From contig DAOUHB010000015.1 of assembly GCA_034428935.1 (NCBI GenBank), positions 14,147-38,146 of the forward strand: a stretch of DNA of 24,000 nucleotides, read 5' to 3'. The first letter of the stretch is position 1; the number at the start of each line of letters is the position of its first letter. The notes under the pieces are model-generated. The model made no database searches, had not been told where the DNA came from, and saw only the letters and a program-made list of their open reading frames with translations. The stretch is from Anaerolineae bacterium (GTDB lineage: Bacteria; Chloroflexota; Anaerolineae; JAAYZQ01). Position numbers and translations under genes: made by a program. Below are positions 15,534-23,607 of the stretch, one piece after another.

Positions 15534-15600
15534 CTGACATTCTCTTGTTAAACGCCGCGCGCCGCGCGGCAACCCCCACAAGCGAACGCTGAACCCCGGC

Positions 15601-15690
<90 letters not shown>

Positions 15691-15731
15691 GTGACGTGGC
15701 GGCCGGATTCCCCCTCCGGCATTGCCCCCAG

Positions 15732-15760
15732 AGTATACCAAACCCCTGTTCTTTTGTCAA
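15732..15760 (-). promoter_or_regulatory. Sigma70-type promoter of the tRNA-Ser/Ser/Arg operon
   Basis: On the minus strand: TTGACA (15760-15755), N17 ending in TGg, TATACT (15737-15732). It lies ~40 nt upstream of the first tRNA 5' end. Confidence 0.7.
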
Positions 15761-15834
15761 AGTGCTCGGCCGCACTAACCGCACCGGCAGCCGTCCAGGA
15801 GGGGGCGCACCTGCCCTGGTGCCACCCACCAAAT

Positions 15835-17100
15835 CTAGCGGATCACCTCGACGCCGCCCATGTAGGGCCGCAGCACCTCGGGCACGACGATGCTCCCGTC
15901 GGCCTGCTGGTAGTTTTCCATGACGGCGATCATGACCCGGGGCAGGGCCAGGCCCGAGCCGTTCAGCGTGTGCACAAAGCGCGGCCGCGCGCCCGGCTCG
16001 GGCCGGTAGCGCAGGTTCGCCCGCCGGGCCTGGAAATCGGTGCAGTTGGACAGCGAGCTGACCTCCAGCCACTCTTCCACGCCGGGGGCCCACACCTCCA
16101 GATCGTATTTCTTGGCCGCCTGGAAGCCCAAGTCGCCGGTGCACATCTGGATGAGGCGATAGGGAATGGCGAGCCCCTGGCAGATGGCCTCGGCGTCGCC
16201 CACCATCGATTCCAGCTCGCCATAGGAGGTCTCGGGCGTCGTCAGCTTGTACATCTCGACCTTGTCGAACTGGTGGCCGCGCTTCATGCCCCGCACATCC
16301 CGCCCGGCCGACATCTTTTCCCGACGAAAACAGGGGGTGTAGGCCACGTAGTGCAGGGGCAGGGCCTCGGCCGGCAGGATCTCGTCCCGGTGCAGGTTGG
16401 TCATGGGGATCTCGGCCGTGCCGATGAACCAGAAATCCTCCTCGGCGTCGTGGTAGATGTTCTCCTCGAATTTGGGCAGTTGCGCGGCGCCCACCATCAT
16501 CTCCCGCCGCACCATGTACGGCGGATAGATCTCGGTGTAGCCCTGCTCGCGGTGCACGTCCAGCATCCAGGCGATGAGGGCCCGCTGGAGCCGGGCGCCC
16601 ATGCCCCGCAGGACGTAAAAGCGGGTGCCCGACAGCTTGACCCCGCGCTCAAAATCCAGGATGTCGAGAGCCGGGCCCAGGTCCCAATGGGGGACCGGCT
16701 CAAAGTCAAAGGTGCGGGGCTCGCCCTCCATGCGCACGATCATGTTCGCGCTGTCGTCGGGGCCGACGGGCACACTGGCATGGGGCAGGTTGGGCACCCA
16801 CAGCATGGCCTCGTCCAGCTCGGCCTCCACCCCCTTGAGATCGTCTTCCAGGGCCTTGATCCGGTCGCCAACCAGGCGCATGGCCTCGATGCGCGACTGG
16901 CGCTCGTCGGGATCCTTGGCGCGGCTGATCTCCTTGGACGCGGCGTTCCGCTCGGCTCGCAACGCCTCCACCTCGGTCAGCAATTCGCGGCGCCGGGCAT
17001 CCAGCGCCAGGATCTGGTCGATGGGGGCCTCGGTATTCAGCGCCACCATGGCGGCCTTGATCTGTTCCGGGTTTTCGCGAATCAGGTTGATGTCGATCAT
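15835..17100 (-). CDS. serS: Seryl-tRNA synthetase
   Basis: The sequence runs 'MIDINLIRENPEQIKAAM...' (N-terminal coiled-coil arm) through class II motifs ('FRREKMSAGRDVRGMKRGHQFDKVE', 'TLNGSGLALPRVMIAVMENYQ'). ATG 17100 was chosen because the serS promoter (17165-17193) lies inside the longer track ORF that runs to 17304. Confidence 0.97.
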   Translation of the reverse strand: MIDINLIRENPEQIKAAMVALNTEAPIDQILALDARRRELLTEVEALRAERNAASKEISRAKDPDERQSRIEAMRLVGDRIKALEDDLKGVEAELDEAMLWVPNLPHASVPVGPDDSANMIVRMEGEPRTFDFEPVPHWDLGPALDILDFERGVKLSGTRFYVLRGMGARLQRALIAWMLDVHREQGYTEIYPPYMVRREMMVGAAQLPKFEENIYHDAEEDFWFIGTAEIPMTNLHRDEILPAEALPLHYVAYTPCFRREKMSAGRDVRGMKRGHQFDKVEMYKLTTPETSYGELESMVGDAEAICQGLAIPYRLIQMCTGDLGFQAAKKYDLEVWAPGVEEWLEVSSLSNCTDFQARRANLRYRPEPGARPRFVHTLNGSGLALPRVMIAVMENYQQADGSIVVPEVLRPYMGGVEVIR

Positions 17101-17164
17101 CTCTTGACCTCGTGCCGGGTTGCATCTCTGGCGTGACTTGACGCCCGTCCCCGGGCTGCCCGCT

Positions 17165-17193
17165 ACTATAGCACACTGACGTCCAATTGTCAA
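17165..17193 (-). promoter_or_regulatory. Sigma70-type promoter of serS
   Basis: On the minus strand: TTGACA (17193-17188), N17 ending in TGc, TATAGT (17170-17165). The leader is ~58 nt. Confidence 0.7.
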
Positions 17194-17200
17194 TTGAAAT

Positions 17201-17229
17201 TTGGCAAGCACCGGGCCGGATGGTATACT
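17201..17229 (+). promoter_or_regulatory. Sigma70-type promoter of the metalloprotease gene
   Basis: TTGGCA (17201-17206), N17 ending in TGg, TATACT (17224-17229). It is divergent from the serS promoter, with 7 nt between the two -35 boxes. Confidence 0.65.
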
Positions 17230-17371
17230 TCTATTTCCGAGACAGCACAGTTGTAACGGGCTTGAATCGGGCCCACGGCCATTGTCAGCCCAAAGCTGCA
17301 TCACACTCAGGGCCTTTGCCGAGCGGCTATCGTTCGTGCCGGCTCTGCGCTATACTCAAGGAGCTGGAGGT

Positions 17372-20071
17372 ATGCGAAAGCGCGTTCCTGACGCGGGATT
17401 GTCACTTGTCGTTGCCGTTGTTCTGTTGCTCATTACCATGCCGGCAGGCTCACTGGCCTCACCGCCTGCGGCGCAGGAATCGCAGGGTCTCTTTGTCCCC
17501 GTGCCAGCTCCCCAGGGCGAGGGCCCGGAGATTGCCGCCCAGCCGGCCGTGATCCGCTCCCGCCTCGTCGAGGTCGACCTGTCCCTCCTGGCGGGCAGCA
17601 GCCCGCGGCGCCTGGCCCTCAACCTCTTTGACGACGTCGTCCTCGACGTCGACCTCCAGGAGGCGGAGCCGCTGCCCGATGCCGGGCAGGCGTGGCGCGG
17701 CCGGATCGAGGGCGAGGAGCTCAGCCAGGTGGTCCTCGTGCGCCGCGACGATCTCCTGGTCGGCGATGTCTTTTTGCCCGGCGCCGTGTACCGCGTGCGC
17801 TCGACGGGCGGCGGATTGCACGCCGTTTCCCAGATGGATCAGTCGGCCCTGCCCCCCGAGATGGAGCCGGTGCCGGTGCCTGTGCCGCCCGCCCCGGCGG
17901 ACCAGCCACACGACGTGACAGCCCAGGCGCCGGCCGACGATGGCTCCATCATTGACGTCCTGGTGGTTTACACGCCGGCGGCACGCCAGGCGGCGGGTAG
18001 CACGGCGGCCATGCTGGCCGAGATAGACCTGGCGGTGGCCGACGCCAACGTGTCCTACGAGAACAGCCTGGTCAGCCAGCGGCTGCACCTGGTGCGCGCC
18101 GTCGAAGTGAGCTACGTGGAGTCGGGCAGTGTCTCGGGCAGCCCGGGCGACTTGCAGTACCTGCAGGGAAGCTCCGACCCCTATCTCAACAACGTCCACA
18201 CCCTGCGCGACAGCTATGGCGCCGACGCCGTGGTGCTCATCGTCCACTATCCATCGCCGGTTTACTGCGGTGTGGCCTATCAACTGGCAGAGAACGTCGA
18301 GGCGGGATTTGCCCCCTATGCCTTTGCCGTCGTGGAGCTGACCTGCGCGACGAGCAACCTCACCTTTGGCCACGAGCTGGGCCACAATATGGGGGCGAAT
18401 CACGATTGGTTTGTGAACGTGAGCCTGGACCGTCACAGTTACAGCCACGGCTACTTTAACACGCAGGACCGCTGGCGCACGATGATGAGCTACAACGACG
18501 TCTGCGCGACTGTGGGCGTGAACTGCACCCGCGTTCCCTACTGGTCCAACCCGAACGTGTACTATGGCGGCCGCCCCATGGGCATTCCGGGCGGCACGTC
18601 GACCAACTGTGCCCTCGGCAGCCCGAACCCCGGCTGCGATGCCGATAACCGCCGCACCCTCAACGAGACGGCCCACACCGTCGCCAACTTTCGGACCAGC
18701 ATCTCTGGCGCGCCCGCAGCGCCCTCGGGCCTTGTGGCAAGCGCCGTGCCTGGCGCAGGGATCAACCTGGCCTGGACGGATAACAGCGGCGACGCAGTGG
18801 GCTTCAAGGTCGAGCGCTCCCTGAACCCGAGCAGTGGCTGGGTCGAGATTGCCAGGCTCTCTCCGCCGGTGACGAGCTATGCCAACTATGGCCTCACACC
18901 CGGCGTGGACTATTTCTATCGCGTCCGGGCCTACAACCTCTACGGCGACTCGGCCTACAGCAGCGTGGCCTGGACGCACATCCCCGTCGTCGGCCCTCCG
19001 GCGATCTACAGCCTCGTGGTGGACGACGACAACGCCGATGGCACTTCGGGCGACGGCGACGGGCGGCTCGACTGCGGAGAGACCGTGGCGCTGCTGGTCG
19101 GCCTGCGCAACCTGGGTAGCGACGCCATCACCAACGTGGTGGCTGCCCTCAGCTCTGACGATTCTCAGGTGTCCATCGTGGGCGACAACAACCGCTCCTA
19201 CGGCACCATCCCGGCCAAGGGCCTGGTCAGCAATCCGGACGGTTTCAACCTGCACATCTCCCCCGGGCTGGGTGCGGACCCGACGGCCACCTTGCGCCTG
19301 GATGTCAGCGCCGGCAACGGAGGCCCCTGGCAGACCATCCTCCGCTTGCCCATCTACTGTGGCCAGGTCCTCCGGTTCAGCTATCTCCCACTGGTACTCA
19401 AGGGGGCGGGCGCGCCGGCCTTTGACTCGCAGTTCAACGGCTCGGCTCCCGGCTGGCAAGCCCACGCCGGCACGTGGTGGATTGAAGGTGGAGAGTTGTA
19501 CGCGACCAACGGGCTGGCGGGCGCCTGGGCGAGCAGCAGCTACGACGCGAACCTGGCCAACGTGGATTACCGGGTGGAGCTGTCGAGGGTGGGCTGCGAC
19601 GATTGCCCCCACGGTCTCCTGGTACGGGGCAGCCCCGCGCCCATGGGCAGTGCCTACCGCTGGAACAGCGGGTATGGTTTCTACATCCGGCGCGACGGGC
19701 AGTATGCCGTGTTTCGCTACGATGACGGCATCTCTTCCGTCATGCAGAACTATACCCCCAGTTCGGCCATCGCCCAGGGCGGCAACTGGAACCTGCTGCG
19801 GGTCGTAGCCTCGGGAGCGAGCCTCACCTTCTATATCAACGGCGTGCCCGTCTGGACAGGCACCGACAGCCTCTATCCCACGGGCCGGGTGGGGCTGACG
19901 TCCTACCGCGGTGCCACCGTCGCCTACGACCAGTTGTGGGTCAACTACGCGACGCTCGCGCAGCCACCCACCAGTTCGACGGCCCAGGTAAGCCCTGAGC
20001 AGCAGCTTCTCAACCGGCAGGCCAACGAAGAGCCCGCCACCCAGGACGACACGGGGGCCGGGGACCGCTAA
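17372..20071 (+). CDS. Secreted multidomain zinc metalloprotease (metzincin, reprolysin/M12B-like) with FN3, beta-sandwich and concanavalin-A/LamG-like (DUF1080-like) domains
   Basis: ATG 17372 follows GGAGCTGGAGG. Evidence along the protein:
- Signal peptide 'MRKRVPDAGLSLVVAVVLLLITMPAGSLA'.
- Zinc site 'HELGHNMGANHD' (18371-18406) and a Met-turn candidate 'RTMMSY'.
- FN3 unit 'PSGLVASAV...LAWTDNS...FKVERS...YFYRVRAYNLYGDS'.
- C-terminus 'GWQAHAGTWWIEGGELY...NWNLLRVVASGASLTFYINGV...GRVGL'. Confidence 0.85.
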   Translation: MRKRVPDAGLSLVVAVVLLLITMPAGSLASPPAAQESQGLFVPVPAPQGEGPEIAAQPAVIRSRLVEVDLSLLAGSSPRRLALNLFDDVVLDVDLQEAEPLPDAGQAWRGRIEGEELSQVVLVRRDDLLVGDVFLPGAVYRVRSTGGGLHAVSQMDQSALPPEMEPVPVPVPPAPADQPHDVTAQAPADDGSIIDVLVVYTPAARQAAGSTAAMLAEIDLAVADANVSYENSLVSQRLHLVRAVEVSYVESGSVSGSPGDLQYLQGSSDPYLNNVHTLRDSYGADAVVLIVHYPSPVYCGVAYQLAENVEAGFAPYAFAVVELTCATSNLTFGHELGHNMGANHDWFVNVSLDRHSYSHGYFNTQDRWRTMMSYNDVCATVGVNCTRVPYWSNPNVYYGGRPMGIPGGTSTNCALGSPNPGCDADNRRTLNETAHTVANFRTSISGAPAAPSGLVASAVPGAGINLAWTDNSGDAVGFKVERSLNPSSGWVEIARLSPPVTSYANYGLTPGVDYFYRVRAYNLYGDSAYSSVAWTHIPVVGPPAIYSLVVDDDNADGTSGDGDGRLDCGETVALLVGLRNLGSDAITNVVAALSSDDSQVSIVGDNNRSYGTIPAKGLVSNPDGFNLHISPGLGADPTATLRLDVSAGNGGPWQTILRLPIYCGQVLRFSYLPLVLKGAGAPAFDSQFNGSAPGWQAHAGTWWIEGGELYATNGLAGAWASSSYDANLANVDYRVELSRVGCDDCPHGLLVRGSPAPMGSAYRWNSGYGFYIRRDGQYAVFRYDDGISSVMQNYTPSSAIAQGGNWNLLRVVASGASLTFYINGVPVWTGTDSLYPTGRVGLTSYRGATVAYDQLWVNYATLAQPPTSSTAQVSPEQQLLNRQANEEPATQDDTGAGDR

Positions 20072-20095
20072 CGCCGCAGGAATCGGCAAGGATCG

Positions 20096-20123
20096 AAAAG
20101 GGCCTTCTCGCAAGAGAAGGCCC
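20096..20123. terminator. Bidirectional intrinsic terminator between the convergent protease and efp genes
   Basis: AAAA, GGGCCTTCTC (20100-20109), GCAA tetraloop, GAGAAGGCCC (20114-20123). On the minus strand (the efp transcript) the hairpin is followed by TTTT. Confidence 0.8.
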
Positions 20124-20158
20124 TCGCTGATCTCGTTGTCGATCCGGGGGGCATGGTC

Positions 20159-20716
20159 TCACACCCGGGTCACGTAGCGTCCGTCTCGCGTGTCGATGCG
20201 CAGCACGTCGCCCTTGGAGATGAACAGGGGGACAAAGACCTTGTGCCCCGTCTGCAGCGTGATCTCCTTGGTGGCTCCCTGGGCCGTGTCGCCGGCAAAG
20301 CCTGGCGGGGCGTCAATCACCTCCAGGTCGACGGTGATGGGCAGCTCGACGTCCAGCGCTTCCCCTTCGTAGCTGGAAAGCTCGATCTGCATGTTCTCCA
20401 CCAGGTAGGGCCGGGCGTCCTCCAGGAGCGCGTTGGGCAGGGGGAACTGCTCGAACGTTTCCGTGTCCATGAAATAGTAGAACTCGCCGTCGTTGTACAG
20501 ATACTGAACCGTCTGATGATCGAGGCGAATGTCCTGCACCCGGTCACCCGAGGTAAAGGTCTTGTCGATTGTGGAGCCGCTGCGCAGGTTCCGCAGCCTG
20601 GTGCGGATGACGGCCTTCCCGCGTCCGGGCTTGTAGTGTTGGTACTCGATCACCTTGAACAGCTCGCCGTCCATGGTAAAGGTGACACCTTTGCGCAGCT
20701 CGTTTACGTCGATCAT
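20159..20716 (-). CDS. efp: Translation elongation factor P
   Basis: Full-length colinear match to EF-P: 'MIDVNELRKG...YQHYKPGRGKAVIRTRLRNL...YLYNDGEFYYFMDTETFEQ...GDTAQGATKEITLQTG...VPLFI..GDVLRIDTRDGRYVTRV'. AAGGAG SD at 20724-20729 (minus strand). Confidence 0.97.
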   Translation of the reverse strand: MIDVNELRKGVTFTMDGELFKVIEYQHYKPGRGKAVIRTRLRNLRSGSTIDKTFTSGDRVQDIRLDHQTVQYLYNDGEFYYFMDTETFEQFPLPNALLEDARPYLVENMQIELSSYEGEALDVELPITVDLEVIDAPPGFAGDTAQGATKEITLQTGHKVFVPLFISKGDVLRIDTRDGRYVTRV

Positions 20717-20748
20717 CGGTTACTCCTTGGTTTCTGACTCGATGTTGG

Positions 20749-20777
20749 ATTATAGATGCTTGCCCGGGGGCTGTCAA
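20749..20777 (-). promoter_or_regulatory. Consensus sigma70 promoter of efp
   Basis: On the minus strand: TTGACA (20777-20772), exactly 17 nt, TATAAT (20754-20749). Both hexamers match the consensus perfectly. Confidence 0.8.
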
Positions 20778-20798
20778 ATGGGGCCGATAGATTGGAGA

Positions 20799-23489
20799 TC
20801 AGGGCCCGGGGGCGCGGGTGGCAAAGGTGAGGGGGCCAAATGCCGCGGCCAGGTAGGGTTCGGTGGCCCCCTCGCCGGCGACGACGCGCACCGGGCGCTT
20901 CCAGTCCAGGGCCTCGAGGGCGGTGCCCGGGGCGGCGCCCTGGACGCCGATGAAGGCATGGCCCCAGCGGAACCTGTCGCGGAGGTCGCCCGCGGCGCCC
21001 AGGCCACGCAGCGCCTCGACAGCGTCGGCGCCCAGCAGCCGCGAGGCCTCGTCGGCCGCGGCTACGGCTACGATGCGGCCGGGCGGCACTTGCGTCACAA
21101 AGGCCGCCAGGGCCGCGCTGGCGCCCTCGTCCAGGTGCGTGTCGAAATTCGCCGTGGCCTCCACGCTGCCGCTTGCCGGGTCGATGACCGCCAGGTTATA
21201 GCCCCGCCCGCCGGGCGACACGTCCCGGCCCTCGACATAAATCTCGGCCAGGTCGCCCACCTCCTGCCCGGCGCTGGCCACGGCCAGGCTCACGGGCGAT
21301 TCGACGCCGGTGGTGCCAATGGCGCGCGACGCGCCCGGAAGGCGGGTGCCGGCCGCCGGGTAAAGCCTGTCAAAGCGCAGCCAGACCTCGTTGAGCCCCG
21401 GGCCCAGCTCCAGATCGAGCTCGTAATCCTGCCAGCCGGCCGCCAGCGCCAACCAGGCCGAGCGCTGCCCGCCGGCCTCGACCTGCAGCCGCTGGTCGGG
21501 CCCTGGCGCGTAGGCGCGAACGCTCAGGCGCACCTGCCCGCCCCCGGAGGGTACCAGCAGCCGCACCGCGAGCCGCTGCGCCCAGGCCACCTCCCCCGCC
21601 GCCGGGCTCCAACCCTCGGCAAAGCTCAGACCCCCCAGCGGATCTCCCGCCCGGGCCGTCCAGCTCTCGGGCCACGGCGGGAGCCCGACCCGGTAGGCCA
21701 CGGTCTCCTCGTCGCGATAGAGGGTTTCCAGGGGCAGGATGGCCTCCAGGTAGGGCACCACCTCGGGCCCCACGACCTCGGGATGGACGACGATGGCCTG
21801 CACGTCAAAGAAGCGGAGCACCTGGGGTGCGATGGCGGCATCGGCCTCCACGTCGCCCGGCGTGACGGTGTGTCCCGTCTCCAGGGCGATGAGCGTGTCG
21901 ATGACGGCGGCCTCGGCGAAATACTGGAACTTCTGGCTCGGGTTCCGCGAGGTGTTGCCCCCCAGAAGCCTTTTGCCGTGCACCGATTGGTAGTACTGCT
22001 CGAACATGATCAGCGGATCCTGGGTGCCCGTCACCCGCGCGCCGTTGCGCCACGCCAGGGGCAGGTCCAGCAGGGCGAAATCGCCGGGCATCGTCCGCGC
22101 CACGGTTTCGTACACGGCCGGCACGGCCATATTCGACAGGGGCAGCGGCACCGACAGGTGCTCGAAGACAAAGACGGCCGCGAGGGCGGCGGCCACGGCG
22201 CGAAAGACGGGGCGCCCCCCGGCGGGCACGGTGCCGGCCCTCCTTTCCCGCCCCCGCCCCTCGGCCAGCCGGCCTGCCAGCCAGGCCAGTCCCATGGCGG
22301 CCAGCAGCGCCAGGCTGAGGGTGAGCATGACGCTGTAGCGGCTGGGATAGCGGTTGCCCTGGAAAAAGGGCAGTTGCTCCACCAGGGCAAAGGGCAGGGG
22401 CAGGCCGGTGTCGCGCCCGTTCACCTGGAGGGTTGGCCCCAGGGTCAGCAGCCAGAAGACCAGGGCCGAAAGCGCCCAGAAGCGGGCCGCCGGCCGCCGG
22501 CGCCAGGCCAGGGCACCAACAGCCGCCAGGCCCAGGACGGCGTAGCCGGGATAGACCTGTTGTCCCACGCTGCGGTGAAAGGCCAGGCGCTCGCCCAGGC
22601 CGCCAAGCCAGGGATGCAGCGCCGTGGGCATCAAGAATCCCAGGAGATCGGCCGAGAAGACGTCGGCAAAGCCGCCACCCTGGCCCCAGATGTCGCCTTC
22701 GGCGCGCAGGTCGGGCAGCATGGCCGCCAACTGGGGGAGCATCCCCAGCAGAAATACGAGGGCCACCACGCCCGTGGCCAGGACCAGCCGGGCGGCGTGG
22801 CGCCGCCGCAGCGGACCGGCCGGGGGCAGCAGCAGGTTCCAGGCCAGCCAGAGCCCGGTAAAGAGCACCAGGAAAGAGGCATAGGTCATCTCGGCATAGG
22901 CCTGGAGGAGCAAGAACAGGCCGGCCAGGAAGGGCAGGCGCAGGCCGCCGGGCCGGCGGGCCAGCAGGACCAGGGCCAGGACATAATAGGGGATCCATTG
23001 CGAGCTGGCAATGTTCCACTGGCCCAGGGCCGCGTAGAACAGCTTGCTCGACGAAAAGGCATAGATCAGGCCGGCGGCAAGGGCCGGCAGGTGCCTGGTC
23101 CCCTCTCCCTCGCGCATCACGGCCAGGGCCAGCAGGAACGTACCATACCCGCCCAGGACAAAGGAGGACAGGAACAGCAGGTTGCTGCTCGCCACCAGCG
23201 GCAGGACAGCGTGGAGGGGGATGGACAGCAGCCCGTTGAGCACCGTCAGGGTATAGAAGGAGAGGTTGATGCCCAGGGGGTAAAAGAGATAGTCGCACTG
23301 GAAGGGGTTGGTGCCCTTTTCCAGGAGGGCGGTCCGCACCCACCACAGGTTCCAGGTGAGGGGCGGATCGTCGATGCCGTTGCCCGGGACGTGGCTGCCC
23401 AGGTGGGCGGCCAGGGGATAGGTGAGGGCCAGGGCCAACAGCCCATAGACCAGCAGGACTCCCAGGTGAAGCGGCCAGCGTCTCTGCAA
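20799..23489 (-). CDS. Polytopic membrane protein (GT-C-like glycosyltransferase architecture, inferred) with a C-terminal FAM3/ILEI (PANDER-like, GG) domain
   Basis: Many hydrophobic segments and an early loop 'VPGNGIDDPPLTWNLWW'. The C-terminus 'GRGYNLAVIDPASGSVEATANFDTHLDEGASAALAAFVTQVPPGRIVAVAAADEASRLLGADAVEALRGLGA...FRWGHAFIGVQG' is colinear with the FAM3C ILEI domain.

Start set to in-frame TTG 23489, which follows GGAGGGAACGAGAGG. The gene's own promoter (23511-23539) lies inside the track ORF, and the track ATG at 23618 would overlap the folC start. Confidence 0.8.
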   Translation of the reverse strand: MQRRWPLHLGVLLVYGLLALALTYPLAAHLGSHVPGNGIDDPPLTWNLWWVRTALLEKGTNPFQCDYLFYPLGINLSFYTLTVLNGLLSIPLHAVLPLVASSNLLFLSSFVLGGYGTFLLALAVMREGEGTRHLPALAAGLIYAFSSSKLFYAALGQWNIASSQWIPYYVLALVLLARRPGGLRLPFLAGLFLLLQAYAEMTYASFLVLFTGLWLAWNLLLPPAGPLRRRHAARLVLATGVVALVFLLGMLPQLAAMLPDLRAEGDIWGQGGGFADVFSADLLGFLMPTALHPWLGGLGERLAFHRSVGQQVYPGYAVLGLAAVGALAWRRRPAARFWALSALVFWLLTLGPTLQVNGRDTGLPLPFALVEQLPFFQGNRYPSRYSVMLTLSLALLAAMGLAWLAGRLAEGRGRERRAGTVPAGGRPVFRAVAAALAAVFVFEHLSVPLPLSNMAVPAVYETVARTMPGDFALLDLPLAWRNGARVTGTQDPLIMFEQYYQSVHGKRLLGGNTSRNPSQKFQYFAEAAVIDTLIALETGHTVTPGDVEADAAIAPQVLRFFDVQAIVVHPEVVGPEVVPYLEAILPLETLYRDEETVAYRVGLPPWPESWTARAGDPLGGLSFAEGWSPAAGEVAWAQRLAVRLLVPSGGGQVRLSVRAYAPGPDQRLQVEAGGQRSAWLALAAGWQDYELDLELGPGLNEVWLRFDRLYPAAGTRLPGASRAIGTTGVESPVSLAVASAGQEVGDLAEIYVEGRDVSPGGRGYNLAVIDPASGSVEATANFDTHLDEGASAALAAFVTQVPPGRIVAVAAADEASRLLGADAVEALRGLGAAGDLRDRFRWGHAFIGVQGAAPGTALEALDWKRPVRVVAGEGATEPYLAAAFGPLTFATRAPGP

Positions 23490-23510
23490 CCTCTCGTTCC
23501 CTCCACGCCC

Positions 23511-23539
23511 ATGATACCATCCTCGCAGCGATTTGGCAA
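23511..23539 (-). promoter_or_regulatory. Sigma70-type promoter of the membrane/ILEI protein gene
   Basis: On the minus strand: TTGCCA (23539-23534), N17 ending in TGg, TATCAT (23516-23511). Confidence 0.6.
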
Positions 23540-23540
23540 T

Positions 23541-23569
23541 TTTACATTTGCGCGCAATTGAGATAGAAT
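23541..23569 (+). promoter_or_regulatory. Sigma70-type promoter of folC
   Basis: TTTACA (23541-23546), N17, TAGAAT (23564-23569). Its -35 box lies 1 nt from the divergent -35 box. Confidence 0.6.
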
Positions 23570-23607
23570 AGCCCTGCCCGACCGATTGCAGGAGACAACA
23601 GGACGCA

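Noticed and set aside
15554-15570. A GC-only hairpin (GCCGCGC-GCC-GCGCGGC) in the spacer between the two tRNA-Ser genes.
   Set aside because: It lies inside a tRNA operon with another tRNA immediately downstream and no T-tract. It is more likely a spacer or processing structure than a terminator, and there is too little evidence to assign a function.
17101-17304. A possible T-box leader upstream of serS.
   Set aside because: The consensus promoter at 17165-17193 leaves only a ~58-nt leader. That is far too short for a T-box (about 200 nt), and no T-box sequence (AAnnnGGGTGGnACC) was seen.
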